From Desulfatiglandales bacterium (GTDB taxonomy: Bacteria > Desulfobacterota > DSM-4660 > Desulfatiglandales > Desulfatiglandaceae), in assembly GCA_963662465.1 (NCBI GenBank), contig OY759599.1:2560001-2624000 (forward strand): DNA of 64,000 nucleotides, written 5' to 3'. The notes under the pieces are model-generated. The model was given only the letters and a program-made list of their open reading frames with translations, had not been told where the DNA came from and did no database searches. Positions 29,386 to 40,000 of this stretch are shown one piece after another (position 1 is the stretch's first letter; every line of letters begins with the position of its first letter). The position numbers and the translations under genes are program-made.

Positions 29386-29571
29386 CACTTCCAACAACCA
29401 TTTCCTTTGATGGCCGAATCGTGGTGAAGGGCTTAATAATCAATATATTTCAAAAATTTAGATTCATGAACGAGGGGGGGGCCTGCGCAGCATCATTTGA
29501 AAATTTCAGGGAAATAACCGGGCAGAGAAAAAAATGGCGTCAGGTTGCCGCGTCAATTATCGGAGATAAGG

Positions 29572-29585
29572 GTCACAACTTTGAC
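29572..29585. promoter_or_regulatory. Candidate FleQ/FlrA-type enhancer box
   Basis: GTCA-CAACTT-TGAC about 190 bp upstream of the motA sigma54 site. Confidence 0.5.
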
Positions 29586-29735
29586 GTTTCAGGAGGGGTA
29601 TGCCGAAAATAGAGCGTAAATCCGTCAAGAAAAACAAAAAATTCTTGGCAAGCATCCAACAGATGGCTTAATCTTCTGATATTATCAAACAATAAAAATA
29701 TTTAAATTTTTACAAGCAATGAGAAAGGCAGGATC

Positions 29736-30881
29736 ATGTTTAAACGTATCTACATAAACAACTATAAATGCCTTGTGAATTTTGACTGTCAGGTTGATAA
29801 CATAAATCTTTTCCTGGGGAAAAACGACTCCGGTAAATCAACGGTGTTTGAGGTTTTAGCCGCTATACGGCAGTTCGTATGTCATGGAGAAAAAGCGGAG
29901 ACCGTCTTTAAAGCTGAAAGCAGAACAAGGTGGCAAAAGCTGAACTGTCAGGATTTCGAGCTGGAGATTGAAAACGAGGAAGGGGTTTTTTACAAATACC
30001 AGCTTTCCATAGAACATCATGAAAACGGACGGAAATCGGAGGTAAGATACGAACGATTATTTTTTGACGACAAACCTCTTTTAATATTAGAAGACGGGGG
30101 GCAGGTGTCTCTTTATCGAGACAACTTCTCCAAAGGCCCTGAATATCAGGTTGACTGCTCATTATCTGCAGTAGGGACAGTTCCGCCTCGCAATGACAAT
30201 ACCAGACTGACCTGGTTTAAAAGCAGGCTGACCCATCTTATCATTGTTCAGGTCATCCCCCCGATGATGTTCAGGGAAAGTCCCGATGAAACGCCCTATC
30301 CCTCAGAATATCTGGAAAATTTCACATCCTGGTACCGTCATGTTTCTCAGGATCAGGGAATGGCATTTCAGCTGATGAGTGAACTGAGAGAAGTGTTGCC
30401 CGGATTTGCTCATTTCAAATTTGAGGCGGTCGGTGAGAAACATCGCCTGCTGAAAGTTTATTTCAAAAATGAGCAGGACCGGATTCCGACAGCTTATAAA
30501 TTTCATGAACTCTCCGACGGTCAGCGTATGCTTATCGGACTATATACCTTGCTATTTGCCGTATGTGCGGACCGGAATCACAAATATACCCTGTGTTTGG
30601 ACGAACCCGAAAATTTTTTGGCATTGCAGGAAATTCAGCCTTGGCTAACAGAACTTTATGACAGGTGCAATGAGGGAGAAATGCAGGCGTTGCTGATTTC
30701 CCATCATCCCGAATTTATAAACTATCTGCTTGCTTCTCCCATAGGGTGCTGGTTTGAGCGTCAGATTAACCGCCCTACCCGGATTAACAACATAAAGGAT
30801 CGGCTCAGGAATGTAATGGACAAAGAAAGCAGGGGAATTTCCGTCTCGGAAATAATTACAAGGGGATGGCTGAATGACTGA
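29736..30881 (+). CDS. ABC/SMC-like AAA ATPase (AAA_21/AAA_15-like), putative defence or toxin-antitoxin component
   Basis: I.NYKCL, Walker A GKNDSGKST, signature LSDGQR, Walker B LDEPEN, H-loop ISHHP. Confidence 0.85.
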   Translation: MFKRIYINNYKCLVNFDCQVDNINLFLGKNDSGKSTVFEVLAAIRQFVCHGEKAETVFKAESRTRWQKLNCQDFELEIENEEGVFYKYQLSIEHHENGRKSEVRYERLFFDDKPLLILEDGGQVSLYRDNFSKGPEYQVDCSLSAVGTVPPRNDNTRLTWFKSRLTHLIIVQVIPPMMFRESPDETPYPSEYLENFTSWYRHVSQDQGMAFQLMSELREVLPGFAHFKFEAVGEKHRLLKVYFKNEQDRIPTAYKFHELSDGQRMLIGLYTLLFAVCADRNHKYTLCLDEPENFLALQEIQPWLTELYDRCNEGEMQALLISHHPEFINYLLASPIGCWFERQINRPTRINNIKDRLRNVMDKESRGISVSEIITRGWLND

Positions 30882-31416
30882 ATATACACAGGTTGTCATA
30901 TTATGTGAAGATCGGCAACAGGAGATTTTCGCCCGGCACTTTCTCGTAAATTGCGGAATCCGGAAACAGCGGATATATGCGAAAGTAGCTCCGAAAGGGG
31001 TAGGCGCCGGTGAACAGTATGTTCGTGAAAAATATCCCGAAGAAGTCGGAAGCTATCGTCGCTTTTGCAATCAAAAGAACATATCATTGGTCGTTCTGAT
31101 GGACGCAGACATGAATACAGTGACAGACTGCCTGAAAAAGTTGGATGATGAACTTGTGAATGCTTCCCTTGCCAAACGTCAGTCAGATGAAAAAATAGCC
31201 ATTTTTGTCCCCAAAAGAAATATTGAAACTTGGATTTCATACTTACAGGATCAAACTCAGACGGTAGATGAAAAAGAAAAATATCCAAAATATAAAAAAG
31301 AGTCGGAATGCAAGCCTTTTGTAAAAAAAATGGCTGTCAACCGCAATCGAGCCCTGCCTGCAAATGCTCCGAGTTCGCTAAAGGCTGCTTGTGATGAATT
31401 GCCTCGGATTCTATAA
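30874..31416 (+). CDS. TOPRIM-like partner protein (DUF4276/RloB/AriB-like)
   Basis: VILCED, LMDAD and RNIETW acidic motifs; start overlaps the ATPase stop. Confidence 0.6.
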   Translation: MTEYTQVVILCEDRQQEIFARHFLVNCGIRKQRIYAKVAPKGVGAGEQYVREKYPEEVGSYRRFCNQKNISLVVLMDADMNTVTDCLKKLDDELVNASLAKRQSDEKIAIFVPKRNIETWISYLQDQTQTVDEKEKYPKYKKESECKPFVKKMAVNRNRALPANAPSSLKAACDELPRIL

Positions 31417-31452
31417 GTCGACGAACTTTGACGTTTCAGGAGGCAAGCGTGG

Positions 31453-31500
31453 AAAAGGGGTTCTATCAGGGATTTTTCATAACCCCTGAACAGAACCCCC
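31453..31500 (-). terminator. Hairpin between flgE2 and the convergent islet; likely intrinsic terminator
   Basis: GGGGTTCT/AGAACCCC and TCAGGG/CCCTGA stems, followed by TTTT on the minus strand. Confidence 0.6.
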
Positions 31501-31510
31501 TACTGAAGGT

Positions 31511-34500
31511 TTATCGTTTCAGATTGATGAGTTCATTCAATATATCGGAACTGGTGGTGATCACCCGGGAGTTGGCCTGATAGGCTCTCTGGATGGTGAT
31601 CATGTTGACGAATTCCTCGGCCAGATCCACATTGGATAACTCCAGGGATCCGGAACTAATGGAACCGCGTCCGCCTGAACCCGCTTCACCAAACATGGCC
31701 GCGCCGGAATCCTCGGTTGCCGTAAATACGTTGGTGCCTTTCAAGGCCAGACCATCGTAGTTCTGAAATGAGGCTACCCCCACCTGGTACAAATCCCTGG
31801 TGGCGCCGTTTGAAAAGGTTCCTGAAATAACGCCATCCTCATCCACGGAAAGTTCAGTTAAACTTCCCGAAGCATACCCGTTCTGACTCTGTCCGGTCAC
31901 CTCCGAAAGGCCGGAAAAGCCTGTAACATTAGTAGTAATGGATAAATCCCAATCAATGGTCAGTTCAGCCGCTCCGCTGTTCAAATCCGTAACCACAATT
32001 TTTGGGTTGCCCCCATCCCTGAGATTCTCAGTACCCTTAGAATCCGTACAGGTGCTTCTGACCCGGTCCAACTGTCCGCTGGAATCAAACCGGAGTACGC
32101 CGCTGATATCTTCCACTTTGCCCTCCGAGGATCGGACGCTCCAGAACCACTGAGAAACCGTATTCAAATTTTCGTCTGCATCCATTTCCATCACCGGGTT
32201 AAAAATGTAATCCACAGTTAAATCAATCTGATTGCCAAGGGAATCGTATACCCCAATCGTGGTGGAATAATCTTCCGGCTCCGAACCACCGGAAAGGGTC
32301 ACCGGTGCAGAAACTGTGATAAATCCGCTCCCGTCCCCACTGGCAACGGCTGTGACCTGGGCCGGGGGAATGAGGTCGGAAGATTTGCCGCCCTCAAGAT
32401 TGGTATTAGAAACCGCTCCGAATGGAACCTCACCGTTACCCCCCGCATAGGCGGTAACGAGGGCGGATGCGGCGGCGTTGCCATTGATTTTATCGGCAAT
32501 ATCCGAAGCAGAACAGCCCTCCACCAGGGAAACCCTAATCTGTGTATCTACAACAGTAACCGTCACATCTGCAACAGCTGGACTCGGTATAACGTATTCA
32601 ACTTGGATCCCGTTCCCGTCTGAGCCAGTCGTATTTGCCACAAAAAGAACCGCAGCGTCACCTTCTCCCAGGGTCTTGCTGGCGGAGCCGTTAAGCAGGT
32701 AATTTTGGCCGATTTCAAGAGCGAAAGTACCACCCACAAGTTGCGTTGGGCCAGAGGCGCCTGGGTAACCACCGCTGTCCTCTCCCACAGAGGCAAAAAC
32801 CAACGTGCTCGCATCTCCATCCGCATTGATAGCAGCGGCAATGTTTGCGGCTGTAATAGACGACCCATCAATTCCAACCTTGATGGTTTTACTTCCGTCA
32901 GAAGCATCCTCTTCAACAACAACCTCACCTGAGTTGATACCACCTGTGAGATTGACTGCCGTATCCTCAAAGGAGACAACACCAGGACCTCCTGAAGCGA
33001 CAGTAACTAGAGCAAACGCATCAGTATCAGCCTCCACCCAACTTTTGATATTGTCCGCCGTAGTAGTTGCTCCAATACCTATCTTAATATTATTTGCATC
33101 AACAATAACGTCACCATCTGCAATACCGCCTTTGAGAGTTGTTTCTCCAGTCGAAACGTTTCCTGCACCGTTATTCGCAGCCCAGGCTAGCACCTGGAAA
33201 CCCGCAGTGGCATCAGCATTGATAGCAGCAGCGACTTCTGCGGCTGTGAAACTACCCCCCCCCAAATTGACCGTTATCGTATCCGGAGAAGTACCAGCAA
33301 CAGAAATAAGCAAACCGCCGGTTCCATTATCGACATATTCAACTTTCATGTTCCCATCCACCCCAGCGACTTTTGCCTCAAAATTAACAAGAGCATCACC
33401 TGCCCCGAGGGTTCCAACAGCTTTCACATCGTCAGTGACATATTCTATTTGGATGTCGTTTCCTACCTCACCATCAGCGTTTGCCGTAAAGGTAACAGCC
33501 GCATTGCCGGTCCCTATGGTCGCTGCAGCTTTCACAGGCGTACCGGCATCGACATATTCCACATAGATATCCTCCCCACCTACACCCGAAACCAGCGGCA
33601 TAAAGCTGACAGCCTCATCGCCTGTACCGATGGTGTTGGTGTTGGTGCCGGTCATAACACTGACCGCGCCGACACCTTTTGAAATCGCGGTGAGCAAAAC
33701 CGATGCCTCAGCATCAGCATTGACCGCTTCAGCTATTTCTTTGGCTGTTGTTGTGCCTTCTACAATTGTAACCGTAATGGTTGTGGTCCCGGAAGGAAAT
33801 TCTTGAACATTAACTCCCAAAGTGGATCCGGCGGATGCGGGAACGTATTGGACCTGGATATTATTGCCTTCCGTCCCGGCAGCATTTGCCACAAATTGAA
33901 CCGCCGCAGCGCCGGCGCCGATTTTTGTTTCCGCTGCCACGTTAAAGTACGCATTGACCATGGCCGCGGCCTGGGACGCCGTCAAATCCTGCCCCCCCAT
34001 ATCAATGGTAAGGGAACTGCCTTCAGACGACACCACGGGACCGCCGCTGCCGGAATCAATATACCTTACATTCGTATCGTTTCCGTCCCCACCCGGCGTC
34101 CTCGCCGTGTAGGTTATGGAAGAAAAATTGTCCGTACAATCAACCATCACGCTGGCAGCCCTGTACTGACCATCCAGGTTGAAGTCCAATCCCATTTTTT
34201 CGGTGGCCACCGGCGATGAATTGACGTTGGCAATCCGGATGTCACCGGCAGCACCGATTTCCCCTGCATTTCCGATTTTGAAACCCTGTACTTTCATCCC
34301 GGCAGTATTGGTCAAAAGACCGTTTTCATCCAGATTGAACGACCCATCCCGCGTATAATATGCACCACCGGTAGCATCTTTGAGCTGAAACAACCCATCC
34401 CCCACAATAGCAAAATCCGTTGTCACGGCCGTCTGCTCCAGAGAACCCTGGTTCCAGACTTCCTTCGATCCCAGCCGTCCACTGCCCATGGCCGTGCTGA

Positions 34501-34633
34501 GGACATTCTGGAAACTGGTGTTTGCTGTCTTGTAGCCAACCGTATTGACATTGGCGATATTGGCCCCCACAATACCCAGCGCCGTGGAATTCGCTTTGAT
34601 GCCCGCAGTTCCCGTATACAATGAATCAAGCAT
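31511..34633 (-). CDS. flgE: Giant flagellar hook protein FlgE2 (1040 aa) with ~625-aa nested insertion
   Basis: N-terminal NIANVNTVGYK and YYTRDGSF; VYDSLG; C-terminal LELSNVDLAEEFVNMITIQRAYQANSRVITT. Confidence 0.93.
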   Translation of the reverse strand: MLDSLYTGTAGIKANSTALGIVGANIANVNTVGYKTANTSFQNVLSTAMGSGRLGSKEVWNQGSLEQTAVTTDFAIVGDGLFQLKDATGGAYYTRDGSFNLDENGLLTNTAGMKVQGFKIGNAGEIGAAGDIRIANVNSSPVATEKMGLDFNLDGQYRAASVMVDCTDNFSSITYTARTPGGDGNDTNVRYIDSGSGGPVVSSEGSSLTIDMGGQDLTASQAAAMVNAYFNVAAETKIGAGAAAVQFVANAAGTEGNNIQVQYVPASAGSTLGVNVQEFPSGTTTITVTIVEGTTTAKEIAEAVNADAEASVLLTAISKGVGAVSVMTGTNTNTIGTGDEAVSFMPLVSGVGGEDIYVEYVDAGTPVKAAATIGTGNAAVTFTANADGEVGNDIQIEYVTDDVKAVGTLGAGDALVNFEAKVAGVDGNMKVEYVDNGTGGLLISVAGTSPDTITVNLGGGSFTAAEVAAAINADATAGFQVLAWAANNGAGNVSTGETTLKGGIADGDVIVDANNIKIGIGATTTADNIKSWVEADTDAFALVTVASGGPGVVSFEDTAVNLTGGINSGEVVVEEDASDGSKTIKVGIDGSSITAANIAAAINADGDASTLVFASVGEDSGGYPGASGPTQLVGGTFALEIGQNYLLNGSASKTLGEGDAAVLFVANTTGSDGNGIQVEYVIPSPAVADVTVTVVDTQIRVSLVEGCSASDIADKINGNAAASALVTAYAGGNGEVPFGAVSNTNLEGGKSSDLIPPAQVTAVASGDGSGFITVSAPVTLSGGSEPEDYSTTIGVYDSLGNQIDLTVDYIFNPVMEMDADENLNTVSQWFWSVRSSEGKVEDISGVLRFDSSGQLDRVRSTCTDSKGTENLRDGGNPKIVVTDLNSGAAELTIDWDLSITTNVTGFSGLSEVTGQSQNGYASGSLTELSVDEDGVISGTFSNGATRDLYQVGVASFQNYDGLALKGTNVFTATEDSGAAMFGEAGSGGRGSISSGSLELSNVDLAEEFVNMITIQRAYQANSRVITTSSDILNELINLKR

Positions 34634-34700
34634 TTTAGTCCTCCTTTGTGTATTAAATATTATACATTAGTTATTTTCAACCGGTTACCCGGCGTTTATG

Positions 34701-36233
34701 CTATCGTTTCAGGCTGTTGGCTTCCTGCATCATTTCATCGCTGGTGGTGATGACCTTGGAGTTGGCCTGATAGGCCCGTTGAATGGTAATCATTTTAACA
34801 AACTCCTGCGCCAGATCCACGTTGCTCATCTCCAGAGAACCGGAACTGATAGCGCCGCGACCCCCGGTATTGGGCGCCCCGAAAATCGCATCCCCCGAAC
34901 TCGCGGTCGACTCAAACATGCCGCCCCCGACAGCCTTCAACCCGGAGTAATTGGCGAAACCGGCCAACCCGATCTGATAAAGGGCTTTGGATTTCCCATT
35001 GGAAAAAACACCCGACACTACCCCGTTACCGTCTATACTGACATCCTCAATGGCCCCTGCGGTGCATCCGTTCTGGGTTTGGGACCCGACCGAAGAGGAA
35101 GACGCAAAGCCGGTGGCGATCAAATCCCAATCGATGGTCAAATCTCCCGCGCCACTGCTCAGCTCCTTGATGGTGATGACGGGATTGCCGTCCGTCAAAG
35201 CATTCCCCGGCGAAGGCGGATCAGCCATTTCGCCTTCATCCCATTTAGTGTTCTCCGCATCCATTTGGCCGCTTCCGTCAAATTGGATAACGCCGTAGGT
35301 TTCGCATGTGCCATCGGACGATCGCGCTGCCCAAACCCATTGGGGAGTACCTTCCTCGTTGGGCTGGTATACAAAGTCGACGGTCAAATCCACCGCATTC
35401 CCCATTGAATCATATACAGTCATGGTCGTGGAATAATTGCTCGGCACCGTGCCACCACTCAAATTTTGAGAGTCAGTGACCTCTACGGCGCCGCTGCCAT
35501 TGCCCACGGCCGTGGCCGTGACCAATTCGGCGGCATCGCTTCCGTTTACCGCATCGGCAACAGCCGCTGCTGTTATTTCTTCGGCGGCTGCCCCCCCTAA
35601 ATCCACTGTGATGGTCTTTCCGGCCACAGAAACGCTCAAACCATCCGCCCCTGAATTAACATAGCGAATGCTGATATCATTCCCATCTTCACCCGGCTCG
35701 ACCGCCGTGTAGGTGACCCCTGAAAAATTCTCACTGCACACAATGGTTGTCGATGCGGCAGCGACTTCATTGTTAAGATTCAATCGGGTCGCCATCTCCG
35801 TGGTAACAGTAGCGGGAGAGGTGGTATCGGAAAAATTAATGTCTCCCAAAGCGCCCAACGCCCCATTGGCGGTTAACTGATATCCCTGAACACTCAAACC
35901 ACTCGCATTCACCAGATTTCCGTCGGCATCCAGGTTGAAAGTTCCGGCCCTTGTATAAAAGGTTTCCCCCTCGCTGTCGGACACCATGAACAACCCTTTC
36001 CCGAGAATAGCAAGATCCGTTGCCTTGCCGGTATCCTGTAGGGTGCCCTGGTTCCACGATTCGGAAGCGCCCCAGGTCTGCCCACCCAGGGTTTCGGCAA
36101 AGACACTGGCAAATTTGTCGGTTCCTGTTTTAAATCCGATAGTATTCACATTGGAGATATTGGACCCGACCACCCCCAACGCCGTGGAATTGTTGAGCAT
36201 TCCCCTTGTTCCCGCAGACATTGCATATATCAT
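34701..36233 (-). CDS. flgE: Flagellar hook protein FlgE1 (510 aa) with one inserted module
   Basis: NISNVNTIGFK, FYTRAG.F, VYDSMG, LEMSNVDLAQEF...QRAYQANSK; follows flgD. Confidence 0.95.
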   Translation of the reverse strand: MIYAMSAGTRGMLNNSTALGVVGSNISNVNTIGFKTGTDKFASVFAETLGGQTWGASESWNQGTLQDTGKATDLAILGKGLFMVSDSEGETFYTRAGTFNLDADGNLVNASGLSVQGYQLTANGALGALGDINFSDTTSPATVTTEMATRLNLNNEVAAASTTIVCSENFSGVTYTAVEPGEDGNDISIRYVNSGADGLSVSVAGKTITVDLGGAAAEEITAAAVADAVNGSDAAELVTATAVGNGSGAVEVTDSQNLSGGTVPSNYSTTMTVYDSMGNAVDLTVDFVYQPNEEGTPQWVWAARSSDGTCETYGVIQFDGSGQMDAENTKWDEGEMADPPSPGNALTDGNPVITIKELSSGAGDLTIDWDLIATGFASSSSVGSQTQNGCTAGAIEDVSIDGNGVVSGVFSNGKSKALYQIGLAGFANYSGLKAVGGGMFESTASSGDAIFGAPNTGGRGAISSGSLEMSNVDLAQEFVKMITIQRAYQANSKVITTSDEMMQEANSLKR

Positions 36234-36277
36234 GATGTATTCTCCTTCCTTGTTCTCTGATTGCGCGTGGGTTTACC

Positions 36278-36952
36278 CTAGGACTGCAGAGTCTCCAGGA
36301 CTTCAACGATGTCGCCCAGGGGGATCCGCTTTTCCCCCGCCATCAGGTAAGTGGTTCCATTTTCAAAGGTTACACCGGTAATCCTTGCCGTGGAAAAGGT
36401 TGATACCTCAATCGTGTTTCCATCGGCATCCGTCGCCGCCACATTGAAGGTATAATCGCCATCCGACACCGAGTTACCCTCCAAATCGGTTCCATCCCAG
36501 GTGAGGGACTGCTCCCCGGAATTCAACGAACCGACATTAATGGTTGCCACAAGCTTATCCGCCTCGTCATAGATCGAAATGAGGGTTCCGCTTGCATCCT
36601 CCGGCAAATCAAAACTAATTTTTTCAGAAACCCCATCCGATACGTTAATAGAATCTCCCGATGCCTTGACGGTCTTGCCTATAAAATTGACGGACTGTGC
36701 ATTGTTGATGGACGCCTGATACAAATGCAGATATTCCAGGTTTTCATTGACGTTTGTGAGCTGTTCCAGGGAACTGAACTGGGCCAGCTGAGCCGTAAAC
36801 TCCGTACTTTCCGATGGGTTGAGCGGATCCTGATTTTGAAGTTGGGTCACCAGAAGTTTCAGGAAGTCCTCTTTTCCGACAATGGACGATTCTAAAGTAT
36901 TTGTTGCGCCGCTGCTTGCGGCGACTGAACCGATTAATTCTGTGCCTGCCAT
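36278..36952 (-). CDS. flgD: Hook cap protein FlgD
   Basis: DFLKLLVTQLQNQDPLNP...QLAQFSSLEQ, WDG.D..G....G.Y.F. Confidence 0.97.
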   Translation of the reverse strand: MAGTELIGSVAASSGATNTLESSIVGKEDFLKLLVTQLQNQDPLNPSESTEFTAQLAQFSSLEQLTNVNENLEYLHLYQASINNAQSVNFIGKTVKASGDSINVSDGVSEKISFDLPEDASGTLISIYDEADKLVATINVGSLNSGEQSLTWDGTDLEGNSVSDGDYTFNVAATDADGNTIEVSTFSTARITGVTFENGTTYLMAGEKRIPLGDIVEVLETLQS

Positions 36953-37006
36953 TTGTTCATCCCTCCCTTGACCGGGGCATCATTCATGATAATGTACTGC
37001 ATGGTC

Positions 37007-40000
37007 TCATGCAAAAAAATCCACGGCGTTTTCATGGCGCATCGCTTTCGGGGTGGCATCCGCTCGTTCGGATTTTTCATCCTGCCTGGTATTCCCTTCC
37101 CTTTTTTGCCCGGCTCTCCCCTTTGTTCGATTGGCCGGTGAAGGGTTATATCCCGCCCCGTTTTTGTCTGAATCCTGGGACAGGGAAACATCAAATTTTT
37201 CAATCTCCAGTCCCTGGTTCTGAAAGTCCGCTTTGAGCTGATGGAGATTATGCTCAATCATCTCCTTGGCGACCAAGGTGTCTACCATCACTTTTACGGT
37301 AACCTGATGACTCTCGGTTAAAATACGAATTCTTAAATGCCCCAATGATTCCGGATGGAGCGACATTTTAACTTCCGATCGGCCATTTTTCAGAAGGAAC
37401 GCCGCAGTCCTGAACAACTGACCGAAACCGTTGCTCCCCTCTGACCGTTTCGGCAGTTCTTTCTCGTTGTCCGGGGCAACGATGGTATTGCTGTTATCGG
37501 ATATGGTGTACGTTTTCGGCGTTGCCTGTGTGTCCTCACCACTGACAGATTCCAGCTTTTCTGAAAGGTTATGGGAGATCTTTCCTTGGAATTGATTCGA
37601 TTTTTCAGATTCAGCCTGACCTTCTCGTTGTTCGGTGTTGGATTTTGAGGATTGCGTTTCCAATTCCAAGGCGCCGGCGGCCGCCCCAATGTTTGCTTTA
37701 AATCCGTCAGACGGTTCTTTTTGCCTCTTCTCGCCCTTTTCAGTCACGCTTACTTCGCCGACGCCGCTTCGGATGGCACGAAGAGAATCTGAAAACAGCG
37801 GGTTCTCCTTCCCTGCCGATGAACTCTCCCCGGAACCGCTTAAGATATTGCCGGTGGTTTTTGTTGCGTTAGATGACAACTCAGGGGTTGCGGAGGCTTT
37901 TTTTTTATCAACCACCGGTCGGGGGGATAATTCCTGGACCTTGGCCGAAAGCTTGACTCCATTCTCGGAAACCCCAGTCTCTTTCAAACCTGAAGCTTGG
38001 AACGATCCGCTCTCAGTCTTCCCAACAACCACTTTCCCGTTTTCTTTCCTGACAACCTTATCAACAGGGGCCTTGACGCCGCCTTTCGCAGGGGTTTTCC
38101 CTTCCGGCAACGGCTCGGGGATTGCCGATGTTGCCTTTTTATCAACCGCCAGCCGGGAAGATGATTCCTGGGCCTTGGCCGGAAGCTTGCCTCCATTCTC
38201 GGAAGACTCAGTCTCTTTCAAACCTGAAGCTTGAAACGATCCGCTCTCAGTCTTCCCAGCAACCACTTTCCCCATTTCTTTCCTGACAGCCTGATCAATA
38301 GGGGCCTTTACGCCCGCTTTCACAGGGGTTTTCGCTTCAGGCATCGGCTCGGGGTTTGACGATGTTGCCTTTTTATCAACCGCCAGCCGGGAAGATGATT
38401 CCTGGGCCTTGGCCGGAAGCTTGCCTCCATTCTCGGAAACCCCAGTCTCTTTCAAACCTGAAACTTGAAACGATCCGCTCTCAGTCTTCCCAACAACCAC
38501 TTTCCCCATTTCTTTCCTGACAACTTGATCAACAGTCGCTTTCACGCCGCCTTTCACAGGGGTTTTCGTTTCAGGCATTGGCTCGGGATTTGACGATGTT
38601 GTCTTTTTTTCAACCGCTGGCCGGGGGGATGATGCCTGGGCCTTATCCGAAAGCTTGACTCCATTCTCGGAAGACTCAGTCTCTTTCAAACCTGAAGCTT
38701 GGAACGATCCGCTCTCAGTCTTCCCAACAACCACTTTCCCCATTTCTTTCCTGACAACTTGATCAACAGTCGCTTTCACGCCGCCTTTCACAGGGGTTTT
38801 CGTTTCAGGCATTGGCTCGGGATTTGACGATGTTGTCTTTTTTTCAACCGCTGGCCGGGGGGATGATGCCTGGGCCTTATCCGAAAGCTTGACTCCATTC
38901 TCGGAAGACTCAGTCTCTTTCAAACCTGAAACTTGAAACAATCCGCTCTCAGTCTTCCCAACAACCACTTTCCCCATTTCTTTCTTGACAACTTGATCAA
39001 CAGACGCTTTCACGCCGCCTTTCACAGGGATTTTCGTTTCAGGCATTGGCTCGGGATTTGACGATGTTGTCTTTTTTTCAACCGCCGGCCGGGGGGATGA
39101 TGCCTGGGCCTTATCCGAAAGCTTGACTCCATTCTCGGAAGACTCAGTCTCTTTCAAACCTGAAGCTTGGAACGATCCGCTCTCAGTCTTCCCAACAACC
39201 ACTTTCCCCATTTCTTTCTTGACAACTTGATCAACAGACGCTTTCACGCCGCCTTTCGCAGGGGTTTTCGCTTCACTCAATGGCTCGGGGTTTGACGAGG
39301 TTGTCTTTTTTTCAACCCTGAGCCGGGGGGATGATGCCTGGGCCTTATCCGAAAGATTGACTCCATTCTCGGAAGACTCAGTCTCTTTCAAACCTGAACC
39401 TTGAAACGATCCGCTCTCAGTCTTCCCAATAACCATTTTCCCGTTTTCTTTCCCGGCAAGCTCAAAAACAGGCGCTTTCACGCCGCCTTTCGCAGGGGTT
39501 TTCGTTTCAGGCATTGGCTCGGGGTTTGACAATGTTGTCTTTTTTTCAACCACCGGCCGGGGGGATGATGCCTCTGCCTTATCCGAAAGCTTGACTCCAT
39601 TCTCGGAAGACTCAGTCTCTTTCAAACCTGAAGCTTGAAACAATCCGCTCTCAGTCTTCCCAACAACCACTTTCCCCATTTCTTTCCTGACAGCCTGATC
39701 AACAGGGGCCTTTACGCCAGCTTTCACAGAGGTTTTCGCTTCAAGCATCGGCTCAGGGTTTGACAATGTTGTCTTTTTTTCAACCGCCGGCCGGGGAGAT
39801 GATGCCTGGGCCTTATCCGAAAGATTTGCTCCTCGCTCAGAAACCCCAGATTCTTTCAAACCTGAAACTTGAAACGATCCGCTCTCAGTCTTCCCAACAA
39901 CCACTTTCCCCATTTCTTTCCTGACAGCCTGATCAACAGGGGCCTTTACGCCAGCTTTCACAGAGGTTTTCGCTTCAAGCATCGGCTCGGGGTTTGATGA

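Larger units (their letters stand above)
29577..31443. mobile_element. Inserted two-gene islet bounded by a 20-bp direct repeat
   Basis: AACTTTGACGTTTCAGGAGG at 29577-29596 and 31424-31443. Enclosed genes are on the opposite strand and visibly more AT-rich. No integrase present. Confidence 0.7.
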
